From a virus (taxonomy: Duplodnaviria; Heunggongvirae; Uroviricota; Caudoviricetes), in IMG/VR virus record IMGVR_UViG_2907227753_000005: a stretch of 48,421 nucleotides of DNA; one strand, written 5' to 3'. The notes beneath the pieces are model-generated. The model searched no databases. It was not told the DNA's origin and was given only the letters and a program-made list of their open reading frames with translations. This document shows, piece after piece, positions 8,837-17,439 of the stretch. The translations under genes were made by a program, and so were the position numbers. Within the stretch, counting starts at the first letter, position 1, and every line of letters begins with the position of its first letter.

Positions 8837-9144
8837 TGCTCACCCTCCGTGAATTTCTCAATTTCATCCCATGTCTTCTTCATCCTAAGTAGAGGACTGA
8901 AGGCACATATAGCGTTGTCATACGACTCCCCATCGAGTTGTTTGATGTCCCGTAAGGTACGGAGCAGTGCGACGAACGCCCCAAGAGAGTTATGAATGAA
9001 CTCATCGTAGGTTACTTTCGAGGGGAGGATATTTCTCTTGTACGCATCAATTGTCATCCCGTGAGCGATTACAGTTCTCTCAAGACCTTTCGACAAGGTT
9101 ACGTAACTCTTACCGTCATCAAGTTTCACTTCAAACTGAATCAA
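8833..9144 (-). CDS. hypothetical protein
   Basis: TTG start with GGAGG RBS; stop overlaps the recA start. Confidence 0.65.
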   Translation of the reverse strand: MIQFEVKLDDGKSYVTLSKGLERTVIAHGMTIDAYKRNILPSKVTYDEFIHNSLGAFVALLRTLRDIKQLDGESYDNAICAFSPLLRMKKTWDEIEKFTEGEQ

Positions 9145-9307
9145 GTCTTACATCCTCCTTCGTGGTGATCTTTACGTTGTAGAAGCCGTGCTTATCCCGT
9201 TTCACAACAGCGGAGTCTCCCACGGAGGTCTTAAAAGTACCGTCCGTGAGATTGTTCTCCTGCATAAACGGGATGATCTTCTCGTGAACCAGGTCTCGGA
9301 AGCTCAT
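9131..9307 (-). CDS. small hypothetical protein (58 aa, not in the ORF track)
   Basis: GGGAGGTG RBS then ATG 9307; MSFRDLVHEKIIPFMQENN...VRLDSV; fills an operon gap. Confidence 0.7.
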   Translation of the reverse strand: MSFRDLVHEKIIPFMQENNLTDGTFKTSVGDSAVVKRDKHGFYNVKITTKEDVRLDSV

Positions 9308-9320
9308 CTCCGCACCTCCC

Positions 9321-9707
9321 TTACTTCTTTTTCTTTTCGAGCTTACGTCTGCGAACAGTCACGAACTCAGACTTGTTCTCGCTGAGGAACTGCCCTACTA
9401 CACTCGAAGTGACGACCTGCTTCTCAACAAGAGCCGACACTCCTTGGTAGTCAAGCTCATCACGCTCACGACCAGTCTTGGAAGCAAGACCATCCTTGTC
9501 GAAGGACTTCGTGTAACGGTAGTTGTTCTTGAATGCCAAGCAGTGAAGCTCATCCACAGGTACCGTCATCTCAGCCACACCCTCCTCGCGGAGAATGTCT
9601 GCGATCTCGTCTTTGATGCGGGCTTCTGCCAATTCGATCTCAGACTTCTTCAGACGAAGACTCAACAACTCGCTACCCAACTGAACCAACTTAAACTCTT
9701 TACTCAT
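9321..9707 (-). CDS. hypothetical protein
   Basis: ATGA overlap with the upstream gene, GGGGG RBS. Confidence 0.7.
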   Translation of the reverse strand: MSKEFKLVQLGSELLSLRLKKSEIELAEARIKDEIADILREEGVAEMTVPVDELHCLAFKNNYRYTKSFDKDGLASKTGRERDELDYQGVSALVEKQVVTSSVVGQFLSENKSEFVTVRRRKLEKKKK

Positions 9708-10255
9708 GCGTTATTCCCCCTGTTAATTTGTCTTCTTGTATCAAGATTGTCGTTACCTCTGCGAGTGATCTCCCGAGAGATCGCGTTTGCACGGTGCTCA
9801 TATCCTTCACGTAAGGCACGGAAGGTGATAAATGTAGCGAGATTCTGAGTGTAGGTCTGCTCCCATTCCACATATACTGGCTCTGTGTGGACTGCGGCAT
9901 CCCGTAGCTCTCGGCTCCCGTCTTGGATTGTGTACAGTTGTTTCTTGATAGTGTCTCTGATCTCCCGAGCCGTAGCTTGGTCGATGTCAGCGAGTGCTTC
10001 ACAGTATCTTGCATAGGAGATCATTGTCGTCCATCGGTCAAGAAAGTCACCCAGTTCGGAGAATGGTACATTCGCCACCCCACCGTACCGCCGCTTCATC
10101 TGCTCCCACTCCGTGAAAAGGTCAACCCCATTCACAGCATCCTCAGGCTTTGGCGGGACTGGTAGACCCGCCTTAGCAATTTTGGACTTCGTGGCTTCCC
10201 TGGACTCGAATGACTTAATCCCCTGCTCGATTTGCTGTCGAGTCATTTCAGGCAT
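9704..10255 (-). CDS. UvsY-like recombination mediator (tentative)
   Basis: all-helical protein ending in RANAISREITRR, near recA. Confidence 0.45.
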   Translation of the reverse strand: MPEMTRQQIEQGIKSFESREATKSKIAKAGLPVPPKPEDAVNGVDLFTEWEQMKRRYGGVANVPFSELGDFLDRWTTMISYARYCEALADIDQATAREIRDTIKKQLYTIQDGSRELRDAAVHTEPVYVEWEQTYTQNLATFITFRALREGYEHRANAISREITRRGNDNLDTRRQINRGNNA

Positions 10256-10611
10256 TAGTCACACAACCCCTCATATTGCTCACCTAACTCGGCAAGCCGT
10301 TTCAATTCGTTGAAGTGGGTGTAATGGATGGTCACCAGTACGTCCTTGTTGTCACCCTTCTCCTTCATGACAAGGATTGGGGTCTTCTTGGATGCCTTAG
10401 CTTCCACCGCCAACTTATCCCACCAACGGAAGATTGCTATCTTGGTGTAGCACTTACACTCGATCTCGTAGGTAGAGTGGATAACGTCCCCCGTGCGATC
10501 TTCACCTTGGTCGGTTTTGTTAATTGCCCCCGACCCCATGTTACGCTTAGCACCATCAAAGATGTTCTTACCTACCCAACGCTCGAATGCTTTCCACAAC
10601 TTGTCAGCCAT
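10255..10611 (-). CDS. second Holliday junction resolvase-like PD-(D/E)XK nuclease
   Basis: FER....GSG....GDV....IECK....W....EA....KTPIL. Confidence 0.75.
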   Translation of the reverse strand: MADKLWKAFERWVGKNIFDGAKRNMGSGAINKTDQGEDRTGDVIHSTYEIECKCYTKIAIFRWWDKLAVEAKASKKTPILVMKEKGDNKDVLVTIHYTHFNELKRLAELGEQYEGLCD

Positions 10612-10612
10612 C

Positions 10613-10723
10613 TTAGAAACCCCCTATATGCCAGTAGATAAATCCATGAGTCAGCCCCAGGATGTAGAACACGAGGAGGACAAGGATAGTAAGTTGCTCA
10701 GGGTCAAGTTGTTTTTTGAACAA
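10613..10723 (-). CDS. small membrane protein (36 aa, not in the ORF track)
   Basis: AGGGGG RBS, TTG start, LTILVLLVFYILGLTHGFIYW transmembrane segment. Confidence 0.55.
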   Translation of the reverse strand: MFKKQLDPEQLTILVLLVFYILGLTHGFIYWHIGGF

Positions 10724-10727
10724 GGGC

Positions 10728-11027
10728 TTAACCCCCTAACGCCGAGAACTCCGTGCGATATTCTCTTGCCTTTTCTTGACGTGCTTCAAGAACTCGTGCA
10801 GGAGGTGTGATCTCCCGAAGCTCCACCAATTTACGGAACTGACGAGTGATCGTCTCCGCAGGTGTTGCCTTGCGAATCTCTGCCATTTCCTTCACATTGT
10901 CATACAGCACCCAGTAGGAAGCTACGAGATCGTTGTAGTTCTCCTTCACCTCAGGGAAGGCTTTCACCATCTCGATGATGTTCTTGCGAATGTTGAAATA
11001 CTGCGCTACTTTCGGTTGCTCTTGCAT
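10728..11027 (-). CDS. hypothetical phage protein
   Basis: GGAGG RBS; first gene after promoter copy 4. Confidence 0.75.
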   Translation of the reverse strand: MQEQPKVAQYFNIRKNIIEMVKAFPEVKENYNDLVASYWVLYDNVKEMAEIRKATPAETITRQFRKLVELREITPPARVLEARQEKAREYRTEFSALGG

Positions 11028-11068
11028 CCTTATTCCTCCTCGAAGTTCTTAAATTGTCTTACACTTTC

Positions 11069-11097
11069 TCTATACGACATGGATTAAGAGCAGTTAA
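11069..11097 (-). promoter_or_regulatory. phage-specific promoter copy 4 (recA/resolvase operon)
   Basis: TTAACT-N15-CGTATAGA. Confidence 0.8.
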
Positions 11098-11112
11098 GGG
11101 GCTATTTTAAGC

Positions 11113-11140
11113 AAAGAAAAAGGAGAGCATTAGCTCTCCT
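11113..11140 (-). terminator. intrinsic terminator
   Basis: AGGAGAGC/GCTCTCCT stem plus U-tract. Confidence 0.75.
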
Positions 11141-11483
11141 TAATTGCTTTCATAACGATCTCCAACTTATCCAACGGCAGTTTCCTGAAGTCGGTACCAC
11201 TAATCTCATACAGGAGATTCCTCCTACGGTTAGCATCCTTGACTTCTTGTGTAACTGGTTGCAGGTAGTAACGTGTTGTAAACCACCCCTCACCTGAACG
11301 ATGATCTCCTCGATTATCAAATAGAAGATCATTGTCTAGCCTGATCTTTCCAGTAGGGGTGACACGCTTCACCTTATGGATGGCATAACTCTTATCACCG
11401 CCATAGCGAACGGTATTGTACGCCACCTCGTCCCCTTCCTTTAGACCTTTAAGCCACTTTTCGTGTTCTTCTCCTCTTATCAT
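11130..11483 (-). CDS. hypothetical protein (small beta-barrel-like)
   Basis: LK.GDEVA...KVKRVTPTGKIRL pattern. Confidence 0.7.
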   Translation of the reverse strand: MIRGEEHEKWLKGLKEGDEVAYNTVRYGGDKSYAIHKVKRVTPTGKIRLDNDLLFDNRGDHRSGEGWFTTRYYLQPVTQEVKDANRRRNLLYEISGTDFRKLPLDKLEIVMKAIKES

Positions 11484-12295
11484 TTCTTCTTCGGCTCCTT
11501 TAGGTCTGCGTCACAGAGGTATTTGAACTCGCAGTATCTACAGCTATCGCCTTCTTCCTTCGGCGGCAACTCTCCACGCAGAACGTAGTCTTCGATGGTT
11601 GTAATACGGGCTACGACCCAATCCAGTTGTTCCTGACGATACTCCACGAAGTACGCCTTCCACTCCTGGTTCCCCTTATTCAGGTACAGAAACATGACGT
11701 ACTTAACTCCTGTCCCTAGGCAGTAGATCGCCCCCTGCTTCAGGTGGTCTTTCAGCGGCTCAATGATCTTGTCATAGTCGGTGGGGTTGATCGTCTTGAA
11801 CTCGAACAGTATGTCCTTGTTAATGAACGAGAACGCCCCGTCCACCATTGCCGAGATCGGGTACTTCTTCGTCCAACGGCTGTCAACGAATTTGACTTCC
11901 ATTGGAGGAGCGTTGTGCTCTTTAATCCACTCAATACCTTCCGCTCCGTATGTAGGTAGCTCCTCAAGTGGAATGAGCTTAACAGCAGATTTCTCCTCCT
12001 CGTTCATCTTCATGAGAACCTGGGTCTGAACCCATTCATGAAGCTGAGTCCCTACGTCCAGGATGCGCTCCGAACGCGGATACTTCTTCTTACGAGGAGG
12101 TTGTCCCGTCAGCTTGTAAAACTGAAGCCGCCCGCACTTGTAGTAACTTGACGGGTTGAACGCAAGTCTACCTGATCGTTTGTTGTTACGTGAAGTGAGG
12201 AACTTGTCCAATACAGCCGTGAATAGCTCCTCAGGTGTTTTATTCGCTACGTTGGATTCCTTCTTCACCATGTTTGCTAGTTTCTTCAACGACAC
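11480..12295 (-). CDS. Cas4-like PD-(D/E)XK exonuclease with Fe-S cysteines
   Basis: PSS..KC.R, VGT.LH, VDG....FEFKT, Q..IY and C-terminal C..C....C. Confidence 0.82.
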   Translation of the reverse strand: MSLKKLANMVKKESNVANKTPEELFTAVLDKFLTSRNNKRSGRLAFNPSSYYKCGRLQFYKLTGQPPRKKKYPRSERILDVGTQLHEWVQTQVLMKMNEEEKSAVKLIPLEELPTYGAEGIEWIKEHNAPPMEVKFVDSRWTKKYPISAMVDGAFSFINKDILFEFKTINPTDYDKIIEPLKDHLKQGAIYCLGTGVKYVMFLYLNKGNQEWKAYFVEYRQEQLDWVVARITTIEDYVLRGELPPKEEGDSCRYCEFKYLCDADLKEPKKK

Positions 12296-12584
12296 AGTTA
12301 AGTACCTCCCTTGATTTTTCTATTCCGTAGTACCTAACTTGAACGGTGTGTTGGCTATCTGCGGAGAAATTCACAACATCAATCTCCGTAAGTTCTGTAT
12401 TGTTGGCAGTCAGTATCTCAAGAATTTCCTGTGCCATCTGTGCAGGGCAGTCACAGAAATACAACTGATCATGACACTTAGGACACCTTGTTCGGTCATC
12501 AGCAGTATCTTGTTTTCCACAGAGCCACTTCCACTCTTGTAACTTCTCTGTTAACTCAGTCAAAGAACTCACCCACCACTTCAA
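12240..12584 (-). CDS. hypothetical Cys-containing protein (true start probably TTG near 12563)
   Basis: CPKC...C.C motif; operon position. Confidence 0.5.
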   Translation of the reverse strand: MKWWVSSLTELTEKLQEWKWLCGKQDTADDRTRCPKCHDQLYFCDCPAQMAQEILEILTANNTELTEIDVVNFSADSQHTVQVRYYGIEKSREVLNCVVEETSKHGEEGIQRSE

Positions 12585-12675
12585 ATAAGAATTTAATCAG
12601 CGGCTTGCCGATCAGACCAACGATCACACCAACAATACCGCCGACAATGAACCAACCAGGGTCAAAGGGATTCAT
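12556..12675 (-). CDS. small membrane protein (39 aa, not in the ORF track)
   Basis: GGGAGG RBS, ATGA overlap; WFIVGGIVGVIVGLIG helix with GxxxG repeats. Confidence 0.65.
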   Translation of the reverse strand: MNPFDPGWFIVGGIVGVIVGLIGKPLIKFLFEVVGEFFD

Positions 12676-12842
12676 CGGAACAGCCCTCCCCAAATGATTC
12701 CTGCGGAAACACCTGTAATGCTCAGGGATAACAACAGGAACAATAGCTCGTACTTATTGATGCTTTTGAAGGTGAATTTCCTCACTAGAACCAGTGTGAA
12801 GAACGCATAGAATACAAAGAATAACCACGCGATAACTAACAT
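12672..12842 (-). CDS. small two-helix membrane protein (56 aa, not in the ORF track)
   Basis: ATG overlapping the rnhA stop; MLVIAWLFFVFYAFFTLVLV...LLFLLLSLSITGVSAGIIWG. Confidence 0.65.
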   Translation of the reverse strand: MLVIAWLFFVFYAFFTLVLVRKFTFKSINKYELLFLLLSLSITGVSAGIIWGGLFR

Positions 12843-13300
12843 TGAGCCTTCACCCTTTCCTTGGCTTCCTTAGCAAGCTCATCAGCTCGCTCGTTGTATT
12901 TGTTACCGTCATGCCCCTTCACCCAATGCCACTTGACATCGAGGTATTCAGACATGCGATAAATTGATTTGATAAGATTAAGATTTGGTCGATCAAGCCA
13001 TCCATCCATCTTCCACCTATAGCAACGCTCACTGAAGGCATTCACTACATACTGGCTGTCGGAAACAACGTGGATATCCCAGTGTTTTGCTTTGTCAAAG
13101 TCCAGGCTTCTTATGGATTCATAAGCCGCCATCATCTCCATCTCTCCAATGGAAGTTCCTTTCTTGCCGCCCGACAGCTCCTTGTAATGGACTACCTCCC
13201 TGTCGCCGTTAAGGACGAGGAGCACAGCTCCCCACCCTCCGATACAATCGGGCTTACCATTCTTTGATGTCGAGCCATCTGTGAAGATGGCGATTCGCAT
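12836..13300 (-). CDS. rnhA: ribonuclease HI
   Basis: FTDGS, GGWG, EM.A, SDSQYV, WVKGHDG..YNE.AD. Confidence 0.93.
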   Translation of the reverse strand: MRIAIFTDGSTSKNGKPDCIGGWGAVLLVLNGDREVVHYKELSGGKKGTSIGEMEMMAAYESIRSLDFDKAKHWDIHVVSDSQYVVNAFSERCYRWKMDGWLDRPNLNLIKSIYRMSEYLDVKWHWVKGHDGNKYNERADELAKEAKERVKAQC

Positions 13301-13746
13301 TAGAAACCACCCTTACGCCATGTGACATTCACTTTGATGGTCGCGTACCGCTGAACGAAGTGGAACTTGCGGTTACCCAGGCTGTAGGTGTACCCGTTCT
13401 CAACGATGCGATCACCCAGGTTAGGGCTAGGGCTATCCTTGTGAGCGTTCAGCTCCTTAACACGACTTTCGGAGTACATCTCGTACAACTCGAAACCATC
13501 CCCTTCGATGTCTCCTGTAACAACTACATATTTCTTGAACCATTCATGGAAGTCGCCGTCAAACCAAAAGTACAACCGTAATCCCGTATCCTTCAGGAAC
13601 ACATGGATTGGTGTAAAGGAACGGGACTTGTAGCCGCTCATGAAGTATGTCTTGGCGGTGAACCAGTTGCCTTCAGGTAGCTTACGAGCGTCTTGCACCA
13701 TGAACTGTTCGCTAATTGCTTTCACTTTGTCATTGATCATTCTCAT
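13300..13746 (-). CDS. hypothetical protein
   Basis: AGGGGG RBS before ATG 13746 or 13740. Confidence 0.7.
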   Translation of the reverse strand: MRMINDKVKAISEQFMVQDARKLPEGNWFTAKTYFMSGYKSRSFTPIHVFLKDTGLRLYFWFDGDFHEWFKKYVVVTGDIEGDGFELYEMYSESRVKELNAHKDSPSPNLGDRIVENGYTYSLGNRKFHFVQRYATIKVNVTWRKGGF

Positions 13747-14060
13747 TTCCCCCTGAGAAGGTGGCACCCAGTTTCATCGAACAGGAGTGCTTCACCTTTA
13801 TTTATGTTGAAATGCACGTTCTCTTTGTCGTAGATCAGTCGCTCTGACTTCTCGTATTGGCTCACCGCTTCAGGCGGCGGGTTCACAGTCACGTTTGCAT
13901 GATCTGTGACCACCCACCCCCGAGGGTTTGCTCTCTTGCTCGGCTTGGTCTCAACTGACCAACCGTTCTCCACGAGAATGACAGGAGCCTTGGTACAGCT
14001 TTTGTAGGTGTGAGAAGTCCACATCTTCTTAGGCAGACACCAGTGGACGATGTTCTTCAC
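13743..14060 (-). CDS. hypothetical protein
   Basis: GTG 14060 overlaps the polA stop, GAGGAGG RBS. Confidence 0.7.
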   Translation of the reverse strand: MKNIVHWCLPKKMWTSHTYKSCTKAPVILVENGWSVETKPSKRANPRGWVVTDHANVTVNPPPEAVSQYEKSERLIYDKENVHFNINKGEALLFDETGCHLLRGK

Positions 14061-16297
14061 GCCACATCCTCCTCGTCGAACATGGAGAGATCGTCTTCGG
14101 ACATCTTCTGACCCCACTTCGCTCCAACCTCAATGTCGGATTTAAGACCGCAGTCCAACGGCAATGCGTTACACATGATGTCTGCAATTCTACGAAGGTT
14201 GTCCATGCCGATATTCTCAGGTACATCGAAGATGATCTCGTCATGCACCCACATCACGATTCTTGAATCTAACTCCTCAAGAAGCGGCTGAAGCTTGATT
14301 GAAGCGATTTTAACCATGTCTGCTGAGGAGCCTTGGATCACAGCGTTAATTCCCATCCGATGACCACGACCGATGAGCCACTTCTTACCTGATTGCATCT
14401 CCTCGTAAACTCTCCGCTTACGACCGAGCATGGTCTCAGTGAATTGGTCAGCGTTCATGATCTTGCGTTGCTCAGCCATCCACCGTTTAACGCCTGGGTA
14501 CGCATCGAAGTAACCTTTGATGTACTCGACAGCTTCGTCCTCGGTAATCTCCAAGGTTTCTGCCAAGCCTTTCTCACTCATGCCGTAAATGATTCCGAAG
14601 TTAACGACCTTGGCATCCTTACGGAATTTCTCGTACTGGATACCTAGGAAAACATCCTCACGAAGTGCTTCAGGGTTCTTCGAGTTGATCTTCTCCTCAT
14701 TGAACAGCTTGCGAACGAGATCATCGCTAAGGAGCCTGTCTTCCACGAGCTTACCGTCAGGATCAAGGAATAAGTCCTTCATGCCGCGACGATACTCAAA
14801 CTCCTCATATGTGACGTTAGGGTTGTTTCGGTTCCACATCCCCACAGCGGTCATACTGTGGACATCCAATCCATCGCGGTAAATCTTCAACAAGGTCTCG
14901 TCTTGCGACACATGAGCAAGTACACGAAGCTCTTGTTGCGAGAAGTCAATGGAAGCCAACAAGCGACCATTATCCGAGATGAAGGCGTTACGAATGAGAC
15001 CGCCCACCTTCGCGGGAATCTGCTGAAGGTTCGGTGAGTTACAACTCATACGTCCAGTCTTAGTTCCTACAGGGTTGAATGAGGTGTGCACTCGACCATT
15101 CACGAGATTCTTAGGAAGCTTGTCTGCAAATGCTGTAGTCAGCTTCACCTTCTCGCTGTATTCGAGCATCAGTCCGATAACCTCGTGAGTCTTCTTCAGC
15201 TTCTTGAGCGTCTTCTTGTCGGTGCTCATCGGCTTATCCTTATTGACCCTAGGAAGCCCTAGCTTGACGTATAAGGCTTCTGCTTTCTGTGCAGGGGAGT
15301 TAAGATTGATCTCTCCCGTATACGCCCAAATCTTCTGTCTCAGAAGCTCTAGCTCGTTGTGCAAGTCCTTGGCTACTTTCTCAACCAAGTACTCACGATC
15401 AAGAAGCACTCCTGCTTGCTCTGCCTTCCACACAATATCTAGGAAGGGCATCTCTATATTGAAGAACAGGTCATACAGCTTCTTGAGGTTCCCACGGTTC
15501 AACGCCCGCCCCTGGAACTCTGCCATACGATAAGTAAGCTCGGTATCCTTGATGGCGTAGTATCCTGCCAAGCACCCCGTCCGAGTGTTCGGGTCGAGCT
15601 TGATTGGAATTTTGTCGAACGTGATCTTTCCGAACAACGTGGAGAACTTATCTGCTTCGACCTTCAGGTAGTACGGAGCCATATCTTTGAGAGCCTTTGA
15701 CTGGTTCTCATCGAGTACAGCCTGACCTATCATGGTATCGAACCATGGCACCAGTCGAATCTGCATCCAATTCCAAAGGACGTGCATATCAAACTTAGCG
15801 TTGTGGAGCAGGTACTTAGTGCTCCTGTCCTCCAAGATGGGTCGTAGCATGTCTGCCACAATGTCTTTTGGTAAACAAATCTCGTCGATGTGCTTGAGTG
15901 GGATATAGTATCCGCGATGAGGTGCGTAGAAGCTGATACCTACGATCTCATCAGCAAACGGGTTAACACCCATGGTCTCGGTATCGACCGCAACCACGCT
16001 CTGTGTTCGGAGCCATCTGCACATATCGTCCAGTTCTTCCAAGCTCCAAACCATGTGATAGTAGTCAGGTAAGACGGTGTTATTTGCCATCTCAATGATC
16101 TGCTGTTCTTTCTTAGTGATCTTCTTAGCGGCAGACTTCTCGGTGACACCCTTCTTCGCCCGAGTCTTCTTTTTCTCGGTCTTAGCTTCTCGGTCATCCA
16201 AGAGTCCTGTCAGTTCAAGTGCTCCCTGGTCTTCCAAGACTTTAGCCTTGCGGGGTGCTCTCTTGCGCTTAGGTAGTTCGACCACTTCAAGAGTCAT
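14057..16297 (-). CDS. polA: family A DNA polymerase with 3'-5' exonuclease domain
   Basis: DTET, HNAKFD, YAIKD; motif A DFSQQELR, motif B R..AK..NFGIIYG, motif C VHDEI. Confidence 0.96.
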   Translation of the reverse strand: MTLEVVELPKRKRAPRKAKVLEDQGALELTGLLDDREAKTEKKKTRAKKGVTEKSAAKKITKKEQQIIEMANNTVLPDYYHMVWSLEELDDMCRWLRTQSVVAVDTETMGVNPFADEIVGISFYAPHRGYYIPLKHIDEICLPKDIVADMLRPILEDRSTKYLLHNAKFDMHVLWNWMQIRLVPWFDTMIGQAVLDENQSKALKDMAPYYLKVEADKFSTLFGKITFDKIPIKLDPNTRTGCLAGYYAIKDTELTYRMAEFQGRALNRGNLKKLYDLFFNIEMPFLDIVWKAEQAGVLLDREYLVEKVAKDLHNELELLRQKIWAYTGEINLNSPAQKAEALYVKLGLPRVNKDKPMSTDKKTLKKLKKTHEVIGLMLEYSEKVKLTTAFADKLPKNLVNGRVHTSFNPVGTKTGRMSCNSPNLQQIPAKVGGLIRNAFISDNGRLLASIDFSQQELRVLAHVSQDETLLKIYRDGLDVHSMTAVGMWNRNNPNVTYEEFEYRRGMKDLFLDPDGKLVEDRLLSDDLVRKLFNEEKINSKNPEALREDVFLGIQYEKFRKDAKVVNFGIIYGMSEKGLAETLEITEDEAVEYIKGYFDAYPGVKRWMAEQRKIMNADQFTETMLGRKRRVYEEMQSGKKWLIGRGHRMGINAVIQGSSADMVKIASIKLQPLLEELDSRIVMWVHDEIIFDVPENIGMDNLRRIADIMCNALPLDCGLKSDIEVGAKWGQKMSEDDLSMFDEEDVA

Positions 16298-16318
16298 TCA
16301 GTACCACCTCCTACTTCC

Positions 16319-16347
16319 TCTATACGAAAAGAAAAGCACCCAGTTAA
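16319..16347 (-). promoter_or_regulatory. phage-specific promoter copy 5 (polA)
   Basis: TTAACT-N15-CGTATAGA; the -35 element is the loop of a terminator hairpin. Confidence 0.8.
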
Positions 16348-16355
16348 GGGTGCTT
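16327..16355 (-). terminator. intrinsic terminator with TTAACT loop
   Basis: AAGCACCC-TTAACT-GGGTGCTT followed by TTCTTTT on the minus strand. Confidence 0.8.
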
Positions 16356-16359
16356 CTCG

Positions 16360-17133
16360 TTAAGTTCTCGCTTTAGAGATTTTGACTTCTATACCATACT
16401 TCTCTCCGTCCTCGAATGTCTGCAACAGGTAGTTGAACAGTCCTGAAGCATCCTCTCGCCCGCCTTCAGCTACTAATATCAGCTTGTGGATACCCCCAAC
16501 AGGTGGAATAATAAGCTCAGCGCAGTAAGCACCCAAAGCGTCAGCAGACGCAATCTCCTGGTACTCCTCCTCACTGATCGGCATGGTGTGCAGACGTTCA
16601 GTGTCAACACTCACTTCTTGCTCCAACACCTCTTTAACGCTTCCTGTAGACTCTTTGCCAAGTTTGTACGCCGCAACTTCCATGTCCCATTCCTCGTTCA
16701 AGCCTTCAGGAACCTCATACCCCGCCTTGTTCTTCAGGACGCTCACCTTGTACCCGTAGATGGTTTGGTACTTGGCACCGAATATCTCTGCGAGATCGTT
16801 AGTGGTGATCTCAGGGTACTTGGTCACAATGTAGGCTACCTTCTGCTTGTCGATCTTCAGGTTTGTTCTCACGGTTTTCTTTCGCCCCTCATAGGATGGT
16901 TTGTTAGACAGGTAATCCTCAACAGCCTTATCCACCGCCGCCGAGTCTATCATCTTCCTCAGGTACGTCAATCGACCCGACTGGTGACGGGTTCGGTAGT
17001 AGCTAATAACAGTTGAGCTGTAACCAAAAATCTTAGCGAAGTCTTTGTTATCAAGTTGCTCGAACTTTCTGAACGCGTAAACTAGCTTTGCTACATCCAC
17101 GTTTTCTTCGTTTTTCGTTACTGAGGTAGACAT
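16360..17133 (-). CDS. putative DNA-binding protein with two HTH-like repeats
   Basis: AAGGAGGAGG RBS before ATG 17133; DFAKIFGYSSTVISYY and DLAEIFGAKYQTIYGY. Confidence 0.6.
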   Translation of the reverse strand: MSTSVTKNEENVDVAKLVYAFRKFEQLDNKDFAKIFGYSSTVISYYRTRHQSGRLTYLRKMIDSAAVDKAVEDYLSNKPSYEGRKKTVRTNLKIDKQKVAYIVTKYPEITTNDLAEIFGAKYQTIYGYKVSVLKNKAGYEVPEGLNEEWDMEVAAYKLGKESTGSVKEVLEQEVSVDTERLHTMPISEEEYQEIASADALGAYCAELIIPPVGGIHKLILVAEGGREDASGLFNYLLQTFEDGEKYGIEVKISKART

Positions 17134-17221
17134 AGGAGTTACCTCCTCCTTCTTCTTCTTTTCTTCGATTGGGTCAGTTCGCAAGACACCATCTTTGCCT
17201 ATACGGTATACGGTGGTCTTC

Positions 17222-17332
17222 TCACCTTTTTAAGGTGAACTCCACGCAACAGTCACGGCAAAAGTACGTATTCGTAGCAACTATCCCGAGGTTCGCTGAA
17301 TCACATGAGGGACATCTAAACCCTAATAGCAT
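17222..17332 (-). pseudogene. zinc-ribbon mini-gene interrupted by a +1 frameshift (pseudogene or programmed frameshift)
   Basis: MLLGFRCPSCDSANLGIVATNTYFCRDCCVEFTLKR-stop; the +1 frame continues GEKTTVYRIGKDGVL into ORF 16360-17184. Confidence 0.55.
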
Positions 17333-17365
17333 CCATAGATCACACCTCTCGTCCTATCTACTTTC

Positions 17366-17394
17366 TCTATACGAGGTGGTTAGACCAGAGTTAA
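17366..17394 (-). promoter_or_regulatory. phage-specific promoter copy 6
   Basis: TTAACT-N15-CGTATAGA. Confidence 0.8.
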
Positions 17395-17395
17395 A

Positions 17396-17423
17396 TAGAA
17401 AAAGCACCCACTAGGGGTGCCTT
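17396..17423 (-). terminator. intrinsic terminator after ssb
   Basis: GCACCC/GGGTGC stem plus U-tract. Confidence 0.75.
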
Positions 17424-17439
17424 ATCTACTTCTATTCAA

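Noticed and set aside
3512-16297. Inteins or group I introns in nrdA, nrdB, recA or polA
   Set aside because: Genes are continuous and of normal size; no C/S...HN splice motifs or homing endonuclease ORFs.
17199-17205. Extra CTATACG (minus-strand CGTATAG) resembling the promoter -10
   Set aside because: No TTAAC-like -35 at 15 nt, and it lies inside a reading frame.
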